Shown here in pieces: positions 10,078 to 20,287 of a stretch of 64,000 nucleotides of DNA (within the stretch, counting starts at the first letter, position 1; every line of letters begins with the position of its first letter). Origin of the DNA: an uncultured Actinomycetes bacterium (GTDB lineage: Bacteria; Actinomycetota; Thermoleophilia; Gaiellales; Gaiellaceae). The DNA lies in contig CAWFZH010000008.1 in NCBI GenBank assembly GCA_963820335.1, positions 38,181 to 102,180 on the forward strand, read 5' to 3'. The position numbers and the translations under genes are program-made. Below the pieces are notes generated by a model, which had not been told where the DNA came from, did not search any database, and worked only from the letters and a program-made list of their open reading frames with translations.

Positions 10078-11277
10078 CTAGTTCAGGCTTTCGACCTCGT
10101 AGCCTCGAGAGCGCATCGCTTCGAGGATCGCGGCGCAGTGCTCCTGGTCTCGCGTCAGGAGCGTGGCTTCGACCTCGGTCTCGGTGACCGGCACGTTCAT
10201 CCCCTCGCGGTGGTGCTCGACGGACACGACGTTGGCGTGCTCCTCCGCGAACAGCGAGAGGAGCTTGGTCAGCTCGCCCGGGCGGTCCCCGATCCGCGTG
10301 CGGACGACGAGGTACCGCCCCGCCAGGGTCAGGCCGTGGCGCATGACCTGGATCAGAAGCGTCGGGTCGATGTTGCCGCCCGAGAGGATCGCCACGGCGG
10401 AGCCCTTGCCCTCGACGCGGCCCGCTAGCAGCGCAGCGACCGACGCGGCGCCGGCCCCTTCGACGACGAGCTTGGTCCGCTCGAGCAGCAGGACGATCGC
10501 CTGGGAGATCTCCTCGTCCGTGACCGTGACGACCCCGTCGAGCAGGTCGCCGAGGATGGCCAAGGTCAGCTCGCCCGGCTCCTTGACGGCGATTCCTTCG
10601 GCGATCGTGAAACCGTGCTCGGTCTTGCCCGCGAAGGGCGCGCAGGCATCGGCCTGAACACCGACGAGCTTGACCTCCGGCCGGGTCGCCCTCAGCGCGA
10701 GCGCGATACCCGACGCGAGCCCGCCGCCGCCGATCGGGATCACCACCGTCTCGACCTTCGGAAGCTGCTCGGCGAGCTCGAGGCCGATCGTTCCCTGACC
10801 GGCGATCACCTCTGGATCTTCGAAGGCGTGGACGAAGGTCGCGCCGGCCTCCTCTGCATGCTCTCGCGCCGCGGCCAGCGCCTCTTCGAAGCTGGCGCCG
10901 GTCAGCTCGATGTGCCCGCCGTAGTTCCGCGTCGCGTCGATCTTGGCCATCGGCGTTTCCTCCGGCATGAAGATCGTTGCGTCGACGCCGGCAGCCCGAG
11001 CCGCCCAGGCCACGGCCTGTCCGTGGTTGCCGGCGCTCGCTGCGACGACCCCGGCGGCGCGCTCGGCCTCGCTGAGCGTGGCGATCCGGTTGACCGCCCC
11101 GCGGATCTTGAAAGCGCCCGTGCGCTGGAGGTTCTCAGCCTTGAGGAGCATTTCGCGCCCGGTCAGGCGCGTGAAGGTCTCCGATTCGTAGACCGGAGTC
11201 GAGCGGACGCCGGCCGCTTCCAGCCGACCCCGCGCGGCCTCGACGTCAGCGAGTGTCGGTGCGGTTTCCGTCGCCAA
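10078..11277 (-). CDS. ilvA: Threonine ammonia-lyase (threonine dehydratase) with one C-terminal ACT-like domain
   Basis: PLP-enzyme motifs (FKIRGA, SAGNHGQAVA, GGGGLASG) plus a C-terminal regulatory domain. The start is TTG at 11277, overlapping the meaB 3' end by 32 nt. Confidence 0.85.
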   Translation of the reverse strand: MATETAPTLADVEAARGRLEAAGVRSTPVYESETFTRLTGREMLLKAENLQRTGAFKIRGAVNRIATLSEAERAAGVVAASAGNHGQAVAWAARAAGVDATIFMPEETPMAKIDATRNYGGHIELTGASFEEALAAAREHAEEAGATFVHAFEDPEVIAGQGTIGLELAEQLPKVETVVIPIGGGGLASGIALALRATRPEVKLVGVQADACAPFAGKTEHGFTIAEGIAVKEPGELTLAILGDLLDGVVTVTDEEISQAIVLLLERTKLVVEGAGAASVAALLAGRVEGKGSAVAILSGGNIDPTLLIQVMRHGLTLAGRYLVVRTRIGDRPGELTKLLSLFAEEHANVVSVEHHREGMNVPVTETEVEATLLTRDQEHCAAILEAMRSRGYEVESLN

Positions 11278-12238
11278 GGTGAAACACCTTCTCCATGATC
11301 TCGCGAACAGCGCTCAGCGGGTCGAGCTCGCGGCGCTGCACCTCGTCGAGCACGCGCTGGAGCTCCGGATCTCCCTCGACGGCTTGCTGTAGATGCGTCT
11401 TCGCCCGTGCCGAGGCGACCGCGAAGACCTCGCCGGCCAGGTTCTTGCGCCTGCGCTCGGCGAGCTGGCCGCCCTCGTCGAGGTGCGCGTGGTGCTCCTC
11501 GACCTTCGCCCAGAGCTCGGGGACGCCCTCGCCGCGCACCGCCTCGGTCAGGAGAATCGGCGGCTTCCAGTCGCGATCGTGGTCGAGCGCCAGGATCGAG
11601 CGCACCTCGTTCAGCATCGTCTTCGCCGCCGGATGGTCGGACTTGTTGATCGCGATCACGTCGGGGATCTCCATGATCCCGGCCTTCAGCGCCTGGATCG
11701 AGTCCCCGGAGCCGGGCATCAGCACGAGCAGCACGGTATCGGCAACGCCGATCACCTCGACCTCGCTCTGCCCGGTCCCCACCGTCTCGACGAACACGTA
11801 GTCCTTGCCCGCTGCGTCCAGGACGAGCATCGCCTGGAGCGTCGACTCGGCAAGGCCGCCCAGATGTCCGCGCGTGCCCATCGACCGGATGAAGACGCCG
11901 GGATCGAGGAAATGGTCGGAGAGCCTGATGCGGTCACCCAGCAGCGCGCCCTTCGAGAACGGGCTCGAAGGGTCGACGGTGATGATGCCGAGCGTCTTTC
12001 CCTGCTCGCGAATATGTCGCACGAGAGCTGCGATCAGGCTCGACTTGCCGACGCCGGGCGGCCCGGTGATGCCGACCACGTAAGCCGAGCCCGTCTCCGG
12101 GTAGAGATCGGCGACGACTTCGTACGCGAGCGGATCGGCGTTCTCGACCAGCGTGATCGCCCGCGCCAGCGCGCGCGTGTCGCCGGCTCGCACACCGGCC
12201 GCGAGTGACTCGCGCGTCCACTCACGGCGCTTCGCCAC
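11246..12238 (-). CDS. meaB: MeaB/ArgK-type G-protein chaperone (methylmalonyl-CoA mutase-associated GTPase)
   Basis: GITGPPGVGKSS P-loop, VETVGTGQSE and AINKSD motifs. The GTG start directly abuts the upstream MFS stop. Confidence 0.85.
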   Translation of the reverse strand: MAKRREWTRESLAAGVRAGDTRALARAITLVENADPLAYEVVADLYPETGSAYVVGITGPPGVGKSSLIAALVRHIREQGKTLGIITVDPSSPFSKGALLGDRIRLSDHFLDPGVFIRSMGTRGHLGGLAESTLQAMLVLDAAGKDYVFVETVGTGQSEVEVIGVADTVLLVLMPGSGDSIQALKAGIMEIPDVIAINKSDHPAAKTMLNEVRSILALDHDRDWKPPILLTEAVRGEGVPELWAKVEEHHAHLDEGGQLAERRRKNLAGEVFAVASARAKTHLQQAVEGDPELQRVLDEVQRRELDPLSAVREIMEKVFHLGDGNRTDTR

Positions 12239-13510
12239 CTAGCCCTCCGTCGCGGCCAGAGGCTCCGCGCCCGGGGTCATCTGTTCGTCAATGCCGCGGG
12301 CGAGGGCAAACCCGACCAGAGCGGCCAGGGCGGCAAACACCGCGGCCGCTCCCCACACCCACCGAGCCCCGTACTCGTCTGTCAAGGGGCCTGCGACCAG
12401 CAGGCCGAGCAGGAAGACCGCGTAGTTCGAGCTCATCAGGACGGTGAAGACCCGGCCGCGGAGTCGGTCGGGCGCGCCACGTTGCACGAAGACGGCGTTG
12501 CAGACGAGTGCGATGCCGTTGCCGGCGCCGGAGACGGCGACAGCAGGCGCCGCCACCCAGACATTCGGCGACAGCGCTGCAGCGGCGATGCCGATCGCCA
12601 TCAACAAGAGCCCGAACCCGTACACACTGGCCGCGCCGCGGCGCTCGACCCATGTGCCCGCCGAGAGGCTCCCGAGCACGACTCCCAGACCGGCGCTGCC
12701 GACGAGCAAGCCGAATCCGAAGTCGCCTGCGTCGAACGACACCTTCGCCAGCTTGATCTCGGCCACGTTGACCCCGGCATTGGCGAGCATGCCTACGTTC
12801 CAGGCCAGGAGGACGGTGAGCAGCGCGCGCGAGCCGCCGATCAAGGCGAAGCCCTCACGGAGATCGCGCCAGTGGCCCGCAGTGGTCGAACGCGCCGCCT
12901 GGAGGAGTGCGCTCGGGATACGCACTAGCAGGGCAGCCGAGAAGAGGAACGTGATCGCGTTGATCCAGTACGCGGCGTCGGGGCCCGAGGCGGCAACGAG
13001 GATGCCGCCGATCAACGGGCCGATGATCGTCGTCATCGCCTCGATCGACTGGACGAGGGCGTTGGCGCTCGGCAGTTCGCGGTCCGTGACCAGGTTCGGC
13101 AGCCCTGCGTACACCGCCGGCCGGAAGAAGCCCGTGGCGAAGCCCGCCACGCCCGCCAGGATGATGATCAGCCTCGGGCTGTTCGCGAACGGCAGCGCCA
13201 GGAAGACCCCGCAACGCACGAGATCCGACGCAACCATCAGGCGGCGGCGCGAGAAACGATCGACGAGCGGACCGGCGAGAACGCCGATGAGGATGACCGG
13301 CAGGAAGTCCGCGATCAGGAGGGCGGCCACCCACTTGCCGGACTCGGTGCGATCCCAGATGTCAACGGTGAGCGCGACGAACGCGAGCCAGGTGCCGACA
13401 CCCGAGCCGAAGTTGGCCAGCGCGAGGTAACGGAAGCTCGGCACGCGCGCCAGGAGCGCGAGCTGCCGTCCAACCAGTCGGTGCGCGATTCCCGAGACCA
13501 CTCCGAGCAC
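12239..13510 (-). CDS. MFS transporter (EntS/DUF894-like)
   Basis: 423 aa with about 12 TM helices and the GPLVDRFSRRRL MFS loop. Confidence 0.85.
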   Translation of the reverse strand: MLGVVSGIAHRLVGRQLALLARVPSFRYLALANFGSGVGTWLAFVALTVDIWDRTESGKWVAALLIADFLPVILIGVLAGPLVDRFSRRRLMVASDLVRCGVFLALPFANSPRLIIILAGVAGFATGFFRPAVYAGLPNLVTDRELPSANALVQSIEAMTTIIGPLIGGILVAASGPDAAYWINAITFLFSAALLVRIPSALLQAARSTTAGHWRDLREGFALIGGSRALLTVLLAWNVGMLANAGVNVAEIKLAKVSFDAGDFGFGLLVGSAGLGVVLGSLSAGTWVERRGAASVYGFGLLLMAIGIAAAALSPNVWVAAPAVAVSGAGNGIALVCNAVFVQRGAPDRLRGRVFTVLMSSNYAVFLLGLLVAGPLTDEYGARWVWGAAAVFAALAALVGFALARGIDEQMTPGAEPLAATEG

Positions 13511-13591
13511 TGGCGGCGGAGGTTAATCCACGTCGAAAGCGAAGGCGATTTCGGTAGGAAATTGACTTCACCGGAGTACACTCGCCTGGAC

Positions 13592-15268
13592 ATGTCCGTT
13601 CCCGCCCGGCCGGCCGCTGCCGGGTCGCGCTTTCGGGCCCTGCTCGTCCACGCCAATCCCTTCCAGAGGGTGACGCCGGTCCCGGCCTACGGACTGGAGC
13701 GGTTGCGAACCGCGGCGCAGAGCACGGGCGCGGAGGTCGAGATCCTCGATCCCTATCTCTTCTCCGAGGACGCGATCGAGGCCGCGCGCGCCGCAGCCGA
13801 TCGCTTGCAGCCGCACGTCGTCGGCCTCGGCATCCGGATCATCGACGACTGCATCGTGGTCGATCACCCGGCGGCAAACGGGCACGGCCCGATCGACGTC
13901 AGTTTCCTCTTGCCCGAGATCCGCGAGCTCAGGCGCGCTCTGGGCGAGGTCGTTCCGGAGGCGACCTTCGTCGCCGGAGGTGCTGGGTTCTCGGCGTGTC
14001 CCCAGGAGTGCCTCGAGTACCTCGATGTCGAGTGGGGCGTGGTCGGCGCCGGCGAGGACGTGTTTGCAGCGATCTGCGCGGGCCGGCCGCTGCAGCAGAT
14101 CCCTGGGGTCGTACGGCGCGGTGAGGAGCGGGGCATCGACGCCTACCAGCTCATTTTCGCGGGCCCCACGCAGCGCGAGGCGCTCTACGCGCCCGCGAAC
14201 TCCTTTCCGGTGCGGACGCGGATCGGCTGCGCGATGCAGTGCGCGTACTGCACGGCCGCGAACCTGATGCGCCAGCACGTGAACGGCGACCTCGGTGCAG
14301 TGCTGGCCGAGATCGAGCAGACGGTGGAGTCCGCGAAAGGGCGCGGCATCGGGCGCGTGCCGATCTTCTTCGCCGACGACGAGTTCAACCTCCCGGACGA
14401 GAAGCACTCGATCGCCGTGCTGCGCGGGCTCGTGGAGCGAGGCCTGGCCGACTCCGTCATGTGGCGGGCGTACTTCAACCCGACGCCGTTCTCCGCCGAG
14501 CTCGCCGAGCTCGTCCGCGAGACGAACGGGCTCGTCTCGATCACGGTCGACAGCGCTGCCGAGAAAGTGCTCGCCGCGGCGCAGAAGCCGTTTCGACGAC
14601 GACATCTCGACGATCTCATCGCCCTGCTCACCGAGCACGGGGTCAGCGCCGACCTCGGGCTCATCTTCGGGCTTCCCGGCGAGACCGATGAGACCGTCGC
14701 CGAGACGATCGACTTCGTGCGCGCGTTGCCGCCCGCGATCGAGGTCGCGTACTCGACAGGCGCGCGCGTCTATCCGCACACGCCGCTCTCGCGGATCGCC
14801 CAGAAGGAGCCCGAGCGGCTCGTGGGCGCCGAGGATCCGACGTTCCTGGAGCCCGTCGTCTACTCCAGCCCGTGCGCGCCGCGCGAGCTGGCGCGCCGGC
14901 TCGACGAGGCGTTCGCTGACCTGCCGAACGTGGCGCGTGTCGGTGTCTCGTACCGCAGCGGATCGAAGGCCTTGTCCGATGCCTACCGCACCGTCCTCAG
15001 CCCGAACGGGAAGACCGGCTGGGCCGAGGTGCTCGAAGACGCTGCGCGACCGGGCGACGTGAAGCGCGCAGCTGGAGAGGCGCTCGCGGCGTGCGTCCAG
15101 ATCGCCGTCTGGCACGGTCGCTTCGACCTGGCGAGTGTCGCCGTCAAGCGTCTCCTCGCCGAAGAGGAAGTCCCGGCGCCGATGTCACGCCGCCAGCTCC
15201 GCCTGGCGCACCTCGCCTACGGCGGGCTCGCGCTGGCCGACCGCGCTAAGAGCGCGTTGCGCCGCTGA
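13592..15268 (+). CDS. B12-binding-domain radical SAM enzyme (class B-like)
   Basis: An N-terminal Rossmann-like B12-type domain (LLVHANP...VVGLGIRI) is followed by the CAMQCAYC (CxxxCxxC) cluster motif. The ATG at 13592 was chosen over the upstream start at 13481, which would overlap the divergent MFS start. Confidence 0.8.
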   Translation: MSVPARPAAAGSRFRALLVHANPFQRVTPVPAYGLERLRTAAQSTGAEVEILDPYLFSEDAIEAARAAADRLQPHVVGLGIRIIDDCIVVDHPAANGHGPIDVSFLLPEIRELRRALGEVVPEATFVAGGAGFSACPQECLEYLDVEWGVVGAGEDVFAAICAGRPLQQIPGVVRRGEERGIDAYQLIFAGPTQREALYAPANSFPVRTRIGCAMQCAYCTAANLMRQHVNGDLGAVLAEIEQTVESAKGRGIGRVPIFFADDEFNLPDEKHSIAVLRGLVERGLADSVMWRAYFNPTPFSAELAELVRETNGLVSITVDSAAEKVLAAAQKPFRRRHLDDLIALLTEHGVSADLGLIFGLPGETDETVAETIDFVRALPPAIEVAYSTGARVYPHTPLSRIAQKEPERLVGAEDPTFLEPVVYSSPCAPRELARRLDEAFADLPNVARVGVSYRSGSKALSDAYRTVLSPNGKTGWAEVLEDAARPGDVKRAAGEALAACVQIAVWHGRFDLASVAVKRLLAEEEVPAPMSRRQLRLAHLAYGGLALADRAKSALRR

Positions 15269-16376
15269 GAACGCGGCCGAGCGCCTCGCCGAAATATTCG
15301 TTCTCCTCGGGAGTCCCGACGGTGACCCGGATCGCGCCGGGCGCGCCGAACCCACCCGTCGGGCGGACGATCACCCCTTCCTGCAGAAGCTGCTCGAACA
15401 ACGGCCGGGCATCGTCACCGACCTCGGCGAAGAGGAAGTTCCCCATCGCGGGCCCTGCGGGATCGAGCCCGTGCTCGCGCATGATCCGCTCCAGCTGCGC
15501 GAGACCCTCCGCGTTCTCGCGCCGGCGGCGCGCGAGCTCCTCGTCGGCGTTCATGCTCGCCAGCGCAGCCTCCTGCGCGGCCGAGTTGACGTCGAAGGCC
15601 CGGCGCACCTTGCCGATCGCCGTGACGACCTCCTCGGGGGCCACCGCGTAGCCGACACGCAGGCCTGCCAGCCCGTAGATCTTCGAGAACGTCCGCAGCA
15701 CGACGACCCTCCGTCCCGCCTTGAGATACGTCTCGATGCCGTCCGCGTAGTCGGGATGATCGATGTACTCGGCATAGGCCTGGTCGAGCACCGTCAACAC
15801 GTGGTCGGGCACACGGTCGAAGTAGTCGTCGAGCTCGGCCCGCGTGTTCATCGTCCCGGTCGGGTTGTTCGGGTGACAGACGTAGACGAGCTTCGTCCTC
15901 GGCCCGACTGCCTCGAGCATCGAGCCCAGGTCGTAGCGGTGCTCGCGAAGCGGCACCCGGCGGGAGACGGCACCGAGCTTCAGTGCGTCGATGGCGTAGC
16001 TCGGGAACGACGGCCAGCCGCACACGATCTCGTCGCCCGGATCGAGCGCGAGCTGAGAGAGATAGTCGACGATGCCGTCTGAGCCCGTACCCGGCGCGAT
16101 CTCCTCGAAGCGCACGTCGTGCCGCTCAGCGAGGGCAGCGCGCAATCGGTACGAGCCTCCATCCGGGTACCGGTTGAGCTCGGGCGCGAGCCGCGCCAGG
16201 GCGTCGAGAGCCTCCGGAAACGGGCCGTATGGGCCCTCGTTCGAGGCGAGCTTGACCACACGCTCGAGGCCGAGCTCGCGCTGGACCTCCTCGACCGGCT
16301 TGCCCGGCTCGTAGGGCACGAGGTCTCGCACCGCGGGCTTGAAAAAACTGTCGGCGATCTCGGCCAGCGGGGTCAC
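15246..16376 (-). CDS. hisC: Histidinol-phosphate aminotransferase
   Basis: Class II aminotransferase pattern (NPNNPTG, TFSKIYGLAGLRVGY). GTG start. Confidence 0.85.
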   Translation of the reverse strand: MTPLAEIADSFFKPAVRDLVPYEPGKPVEEVQRELGLERVVKLASNEGPYGPFPEALDALARLAPELNRYPDGGSYRLRAALAERHDVRFEEIAPGTGSDGIVDYLSQLALDPGDEIVCGWPSFPSYAIDALKLGAVSRRVPLREHRYDLGSMLEAVGPRTKLVYVCHPNNPTGTMNTRAELDDYFDRVPDHVLTVLDQAYAEYIDHPDYADGIETYLKAGRRVVVLRTFSKIYGLAGLRVGYAVAPEEVVTAIGKVRRAFDVNSAAQEAALASMNADEELARRRRENAEGLAQLERIMREHGLDPAGPAMGNFLFAEVGDDARPLFEQLLQEGVIVRPTGGFGAPGAIRVTVGTPEENEYFGEALGRVLSGATRS

Positions 16377-16450
16377 GGCGGCAACTCTATTCAGTGCGTG
16401 GCCGGTTCCACCTTGCCAGCCCCATATGTGCCTAGCTATTGTGATTGCAA

Positions 16451-16562
16451 GGAGTCAGAGTCAGGCGCGTCGCGGGGGTCCGTCCAGGCATCCTCCCTTC
16501 CCTACCCAGGGCTTGGGCGGCGGAGTCGTTACAACGGACGTGGCGCGCCTGACTCGGACTCC
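16451..16562. repeat. 112-nt long imperfect inverted repeat (19-nt arms with 1 mismatch, plus an inner GTCCGT/ACGGAC pair)
   Basis: The GGAGTCAGAGTCAGGCGCG arm (16451-16469) pairs with CGCGCCTGACTCGGACTCC (16544-16562). The second arm lies inside the last codons of the GNAT gene. Confidence 0.7.
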
Positions 16563-17092
16563 TGCTCTAGATCGAGAGCCATCAGGATCGCGTCCACGTA
16601 GCCGTCGCCGCGGCGGTAGTGCTCCTTCCGATAACCCTCGCGGCGGTAGCCGAGCTTCTCGTAGAGAGCGATCGCCGCGTCGTTGTGCGGGAAGACGTGC
16701 AGCTCGAGCTTCCGCACGCCGGCTCCGCGCGCCCACGCCGTGGCCTCGGCCATGAGCGCGGTTCCGACGCCTTGCCGGCGGCGGCCTGCCGCGACCATCA
16801 GCCCGAGGTCGGCCACGTGGTGGCTCGCCGGATGCGGGTCGCGCGCGATCGACAGCCGGCCGATGATGCCCTCGGCCGCCTCCGCGACGAAGACGGCCGC
16901 GTGCGGGTAGCGACGGAGGCTCTTCAAGTAGCGGCGCTCGTCGGACGGGCTCCGCCAGTTGCGATCGGTGATCAGCCAGCCCTCCGCTTCGGAGCCCACG
17001 GCGCGGCCGAGCAGGGCGAGAGCCTCGGCATCGGCCGGTGTCGCCTTCCGGACGAGCAGCCAGTCAGGCAACGACGATGCCGTGCCCGCCAC
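16529..17092 (-). CDS. GNAT family N-acetyltransferase
   Basis: RRRQGVGTALM acetyl-CoA loop and HNDAAIALYEKLGY. The start is uncertain: GTG 17092, TTG 17071 or ATG 17149. The last 11 codons run through a long inverted repeat. Confidence 0.75.
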   Translation of the reverse strand: MAGTASSLPDWLLVRKATPADAEALALLGRAVGSEAEGWLITDRNWRSPSDERRYLKSLRRYPHAAVFVAEAAEGIIGRLSIARDPHPASHHVADLGLMVAAGRRRQGVGTALMAEATAWARGAGVRKLELHVFPHNDAAIALYEKLGYRREGYRKEHYRRGDGYVDAILMALDLEQESESGAPRPL

Positions 17093-18626
17093 GGCGGGGA
17101 TCGCCGGCCGCGTGGAGGCTGCCGTCTTCGCGCACCTCGACTGCTGCAACTCCGCCGAAGTACAGGTTCCGCCGCCGCCAGCGGATCAGCTCGTACCCGA
17201 GCCGCTCGAGACGGTCGAGCTCCGGCTGGTCCGCCCCACCCTCGCAATGAACGTGGCCGTCGTCGACATGGACGCGCGCAGCCGAGATCGCCTCTTCGAC
17301 CGGCATGCCGTGCCGAACCACGTTGACGACGAGTTGCAGGATTGCCCCGCGAAGCCGGATCGAGCCTGCGCTCCCCACCACCAGGCGAGGGCTCGAACCA
17401 TGAAGGACGATCGACGGGGCCATCATGCTCGTCAGGCGCTTCCCAGGGCTCGCCTCGAGACCAGACGGGTTCAGGTCGTACTCGCCGAGCATGTTGTTCA
17501 GGTGGATCCCGGTGCCGGGCACGATGACGCCGGAGCCGGCGCCGGTCGACGCCGTGAGCGAAGCCGCGTTCCCCCGCTCGTCGACCACGGAGATGTGCGT
17601 CGTTCCGGGCGCGCCGGCCTGCTCTCGTGCGCGAGCGGCGCCGCTCTCGATTCGCTTCAGCGCCGCCTGAATCGATTCGTCCGAGCTCAGGCGACCGGCC
17701 AATCCGCCGCGATGGAGGTCGCCGGTGAAGCTGCCCTGCCGCGCGCGGGTCGCCTCGCGCATGACCTCGACGAGAGACTGGATCGACTCCGCGCTCCCGG
17801 CCGGCCCGCTGACGCCAAGCCGGTCGAGGAGGGCCAGCGCGTAGCCGATGAGCACTCCTCCTGACGAAGGCGGCGGGTTCGAAACGAACAGCTCGCCCTC
17901 GAAGGTCGTGCGAATCGGCCGGCGCCAGATGACGCGGTATTCCGCGAGGTCGCGCCGCGTCAAGGACCCCCCGTTCTCCAGCACGTGATCCACGACCTGG
18001 GCCCCGAGGTCACCGCGGTACAGCTCACGGGCTCCGCCCTTGGCCAGTGTCTCGAGCGTGTGCGCGAGGTCCGGCATCACCACCTTCTCGCCCCGCGCGA
18101 GTCGTCCATCCCGGCCGTAGATCTCCCGGCCCTCAGGCGTGTGCCGCAGGATCAGGTCGAGGATCGCGTGGAGGTATGCCTGGGGCGGCGTCAGCTCGAC
18201 GCCGTTGCGGGCGAGCTCGATCGCCGGCTCTAGCAGGCGGGGCCAGGGAACGGTCGCGTAGGCGCGGTGAGCCGTCTCCAGTCCCGCCACCGCGCCCGGG
18301 ACGGCGCACGAGGCCGGGCCGACGAGGAACACCTGGGAAGACGAGCCGTCGAAATCGATGTCGATCGTCTCCATCTCTGCGGGCTTGCGGCCTCGTAGCC
18401 CCTTGCCGGGCGTGGCGACGAAGAAGTCGAGCAGACGGTCCTTCCGGTCGCGGGCGCGATGGACCAGGAGGAAGCCTCCGCCACCCGGGCCGGTGAGCGG
18501 GCTCTCGGTGACCCAGGACGCGAACGCAGCGGCCAGGCACGCGTCGACCGCGTTCCCGCCCTCGGCGAGGATCGCCGCGCCGGCCTCGGCGGTGAGTCGA
18601 TGTCCGGCAGCGATTGCGCCTCTCAT
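17064..18626 (-). CDS. ggt: Gamma-glutamyltransferase family protein (no obvious signal peptide)
   Basis: GGNAVDA..., TTHISVVD (nucleophile Thr) and GSAGSIR motifs, at the typical GGT length. Confidence 0.85.
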   Translation of the reverse strand: MRGAIAAGHRLTAEAGAAILAEGGNAVDACLAAAFASWVTESPLTGPGGGGFLLVHRARDRKDRLLDFFVATPGKGLRGRKPAEMETIDIDFDGSSSQVFLVGPASCAVPGAVAGLETAHRAYATVPWPRLLEPAIELARNGVELTPPQAYLHAILDLILRHTPEGREIYGRDGRLARGEKVVMPDLAHTLETLAKGGARELYRGDLGAQVVDHVLENGGSLTRRDLAEYRVIWRRPIRTTFEGELFVSNPPPSSGGVLIGYALALLDRLGVSGPAGSAESIQSLVEVMREATRARQGSFTGDLHRGGLAGRLSSDESIQAALKRIESGAARAREQAGAPGTTHISVVDERGNAASLTASTGAGSGVIVPGTGIHLNNMLGEYDLNPSGLEASPGKRLTSMMAPSIVLHGSSPRLVVGSAGSIRLRGAILQLVVNVVRHGMPVEEAISAARVHVDDGHVHCEGGADQPELDRLERLGYELIRWRRRNLYFGGVAAVEVREDGSLHAAGDPRRGGHGIVVA

Positions 18627-18682
18627 GTCTCGAAGCCTAATTCGGGGTCGGCCGACTGCCTGACCGAGTAGCCTTCCATCTC

Positions 18683-20287
18683 GTGAATCGCGCGAGCCCC
18701 CTCGTGCGGGAGGCTTTGCTCGCCGCCGCGGCCGCCGCCAGCCTCGCCGCCCTTCTCGCCTGGCTCGGCCCGCCCGGCAACGACCTGGCCGCCCACGTCT
18801 ACCAGCGCACCGTCTTCGTGGACGACGGCTACCAGCTCTGGAACAACTTCTGGTACGGCGGGCGGTACAGCTTCATCACGTACAGCGTCATCTACTACCC
18901 GCTGGCCGCGCTGTTCGGCATCCAGCCGCTGGCCGTTGCCTCGATTGCGACCGCGGCGCTCGCGTTCGCCGTCGTCGTCGGCCGGCAGTGGGGGCCGCTC
19001 GCCCGCTGGTCGAGCCGCTCGTTCGCGGTCGTCTGGGCCGGCCTGATCATCTCGGCCGCGTTCCCGTTCGCGCTGGGATTCGCGTTCGGCCTCCTCGCGC
19101 TCTGGGCGCTGCAGGCGGGGAAACGCTGGCACTTCGGCCTGCTGGCCGTGCTCACGCTCCTCGCCAGCCCGCTGGCCTTCCTGCTGCTTTCGATCGTCCT
19201 GGCGGGAGTGGCGCTCGACCTGCGCGCACGAGGCCGCAGGCTGCTCGCGCCCGCGATCATCATCGTCGGCATCGGCGCGGCCCACGTGATGCTCACGCGC
19301 GCCTTCGCCGATGGAGGCCGTTACCCGTTCCCGAACTGGCAGCTGGCGGCAGTCGTCACCTTCTGCGTGCTCGGCATGGCCCTGACCTGGCGGGTCGAGC
19401 GCGCGCAGTTGCTGCGCTGGTTCTTCCCCACGCTGCTGGTCGTGTGCCTCTTCTCGTACTTCGTGCCTTCGCCCCTCGGCGAGAACGTGGCGCGCATCCG
19501 CCTCGTGGCGTTGCCCATAGCGGTGCTGATCTTCTCGATTCGAGGCTGGCGCCCGATGCCCGTTGCCGCCTTCGCCCTGCTGCTCGCGGCGATGTGGAAC
19601 CTCAGCCCGCACGCATGGAGCTTCGAGCGCGGCCGGGGTGAGCAGCCGGCCGCCCAGGCCTCGTACTGGCAGCCTGCGATCGAGTTCCTGAACGAGAACC
19701 TGACCCCGTCGTACCGCGTCGAGGTCGTGGACACCGCCGGCCACTGGGCCGCCGTCCACCTTCCCGAGGCGGGAATCCCACTCGTGCGCGGCTGGTTCCG
19801 CCAAGACGACTTTCCTCAGAACCAGGTCCTGTACGAGAATCTCACCCGGGGCACCTATCTGAATTGGCTCCGCAACCTCGGCGTGAAATACGTCGTCCTC
19901 AGCGATACGCCCACCGATTACAGCGCCAAGCACGAGGCAGACCTCGTGGCCGGTGGTCACTCGGGTCTGCGCCCAGTTGCCGGGTCGGATCGGCTCACCG
20001 TCTTCGCCGTGCCCAACGCGAGGCCGATCGTGACGGGCCCGGCGCCCGCCGAGGTCGTCGACGTCGGCCAGGGCCACATCCTCGTCCGCCTCGAGCAGCC
20101 GGGGCGCTACCGGATCGCCGTCCGGCACTCGCCGTACTGGCGCTCCGATGCGGGCTGCATCGCCAAGGGCAGTGACGGCATGCTCGTGCTCGCCGCACGG
20201 CAGGCCGGGCTCGTCCGCCTGGAGTTCCGGGTCGGGGCGAAGCGCGCCCTGGCCGCGGTCGTCGGGGCGACGAGAACGGCCTGCTAG
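18683..20287 (+). CDS. Polytopic membrane protein with a C-terminal soluble domain (possible GT-C-type glycosyltransferase)
   Basis: 534 aa. There are about 10 TM helices in the first 300 aa, then a hydrophilic domain. The family is not firmly recognised. Confidence 0.6.
   Translation: MNRASPLVREALLAAAAAASLAALLAWLGPPGNDLAAHVYQRTVFVDDGYQLWNNFWYGGRYSFITYSVIYYPLAALFGIQPLAVASIATAALAFAVVVGRQWGPLARWSSRSFAVVWAGLIISAAFPFALGFAFGLLALWALQAGKRWHFGLLAVLTLLASPLAFLLLSIVLAGVALDLRARGRRLLAPAIIIVGIGAAHVMLTRAFADGGRYPFPNWQLAAVVTFCVLGMALTWRVERAQLLRWFFPTLLVVCLFSYFVPSPLGENVARIRLVALPIAVLIFSIRGWRPMPVAAFALLLAAMWNLSPHAWSFERGRGEQPAAQASYWQPAIEFLNENLTPSYRVEVVDTAGHWAAVHLPEAGIPLVRGWFRQDDFPQNQVLYENLTRGTYLNWLRNLGVKYVVLSDTPTDYSAKHEADLVAGGHSGLRPVAGSDRLTVFAVPNARPIVTGPAPAEVVDVGQGHILVRLEQPGRYRIAVRHSPYWRSDAGCIAKGSDGMLVLAARQAGLVRLEFRVGAKRALAAVVGATRTAC

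Noticed and set aside
16488-16512. A G-rich run on the minus strand (GGGTAGGGAAGGGAGG), considered as a possible G-quadruplex.
   Set aside because: It has only three G3 tracts plus a GG. In a 70% GC genome such runs are expected by chance. I mention it only as part of the long inverted repeat.
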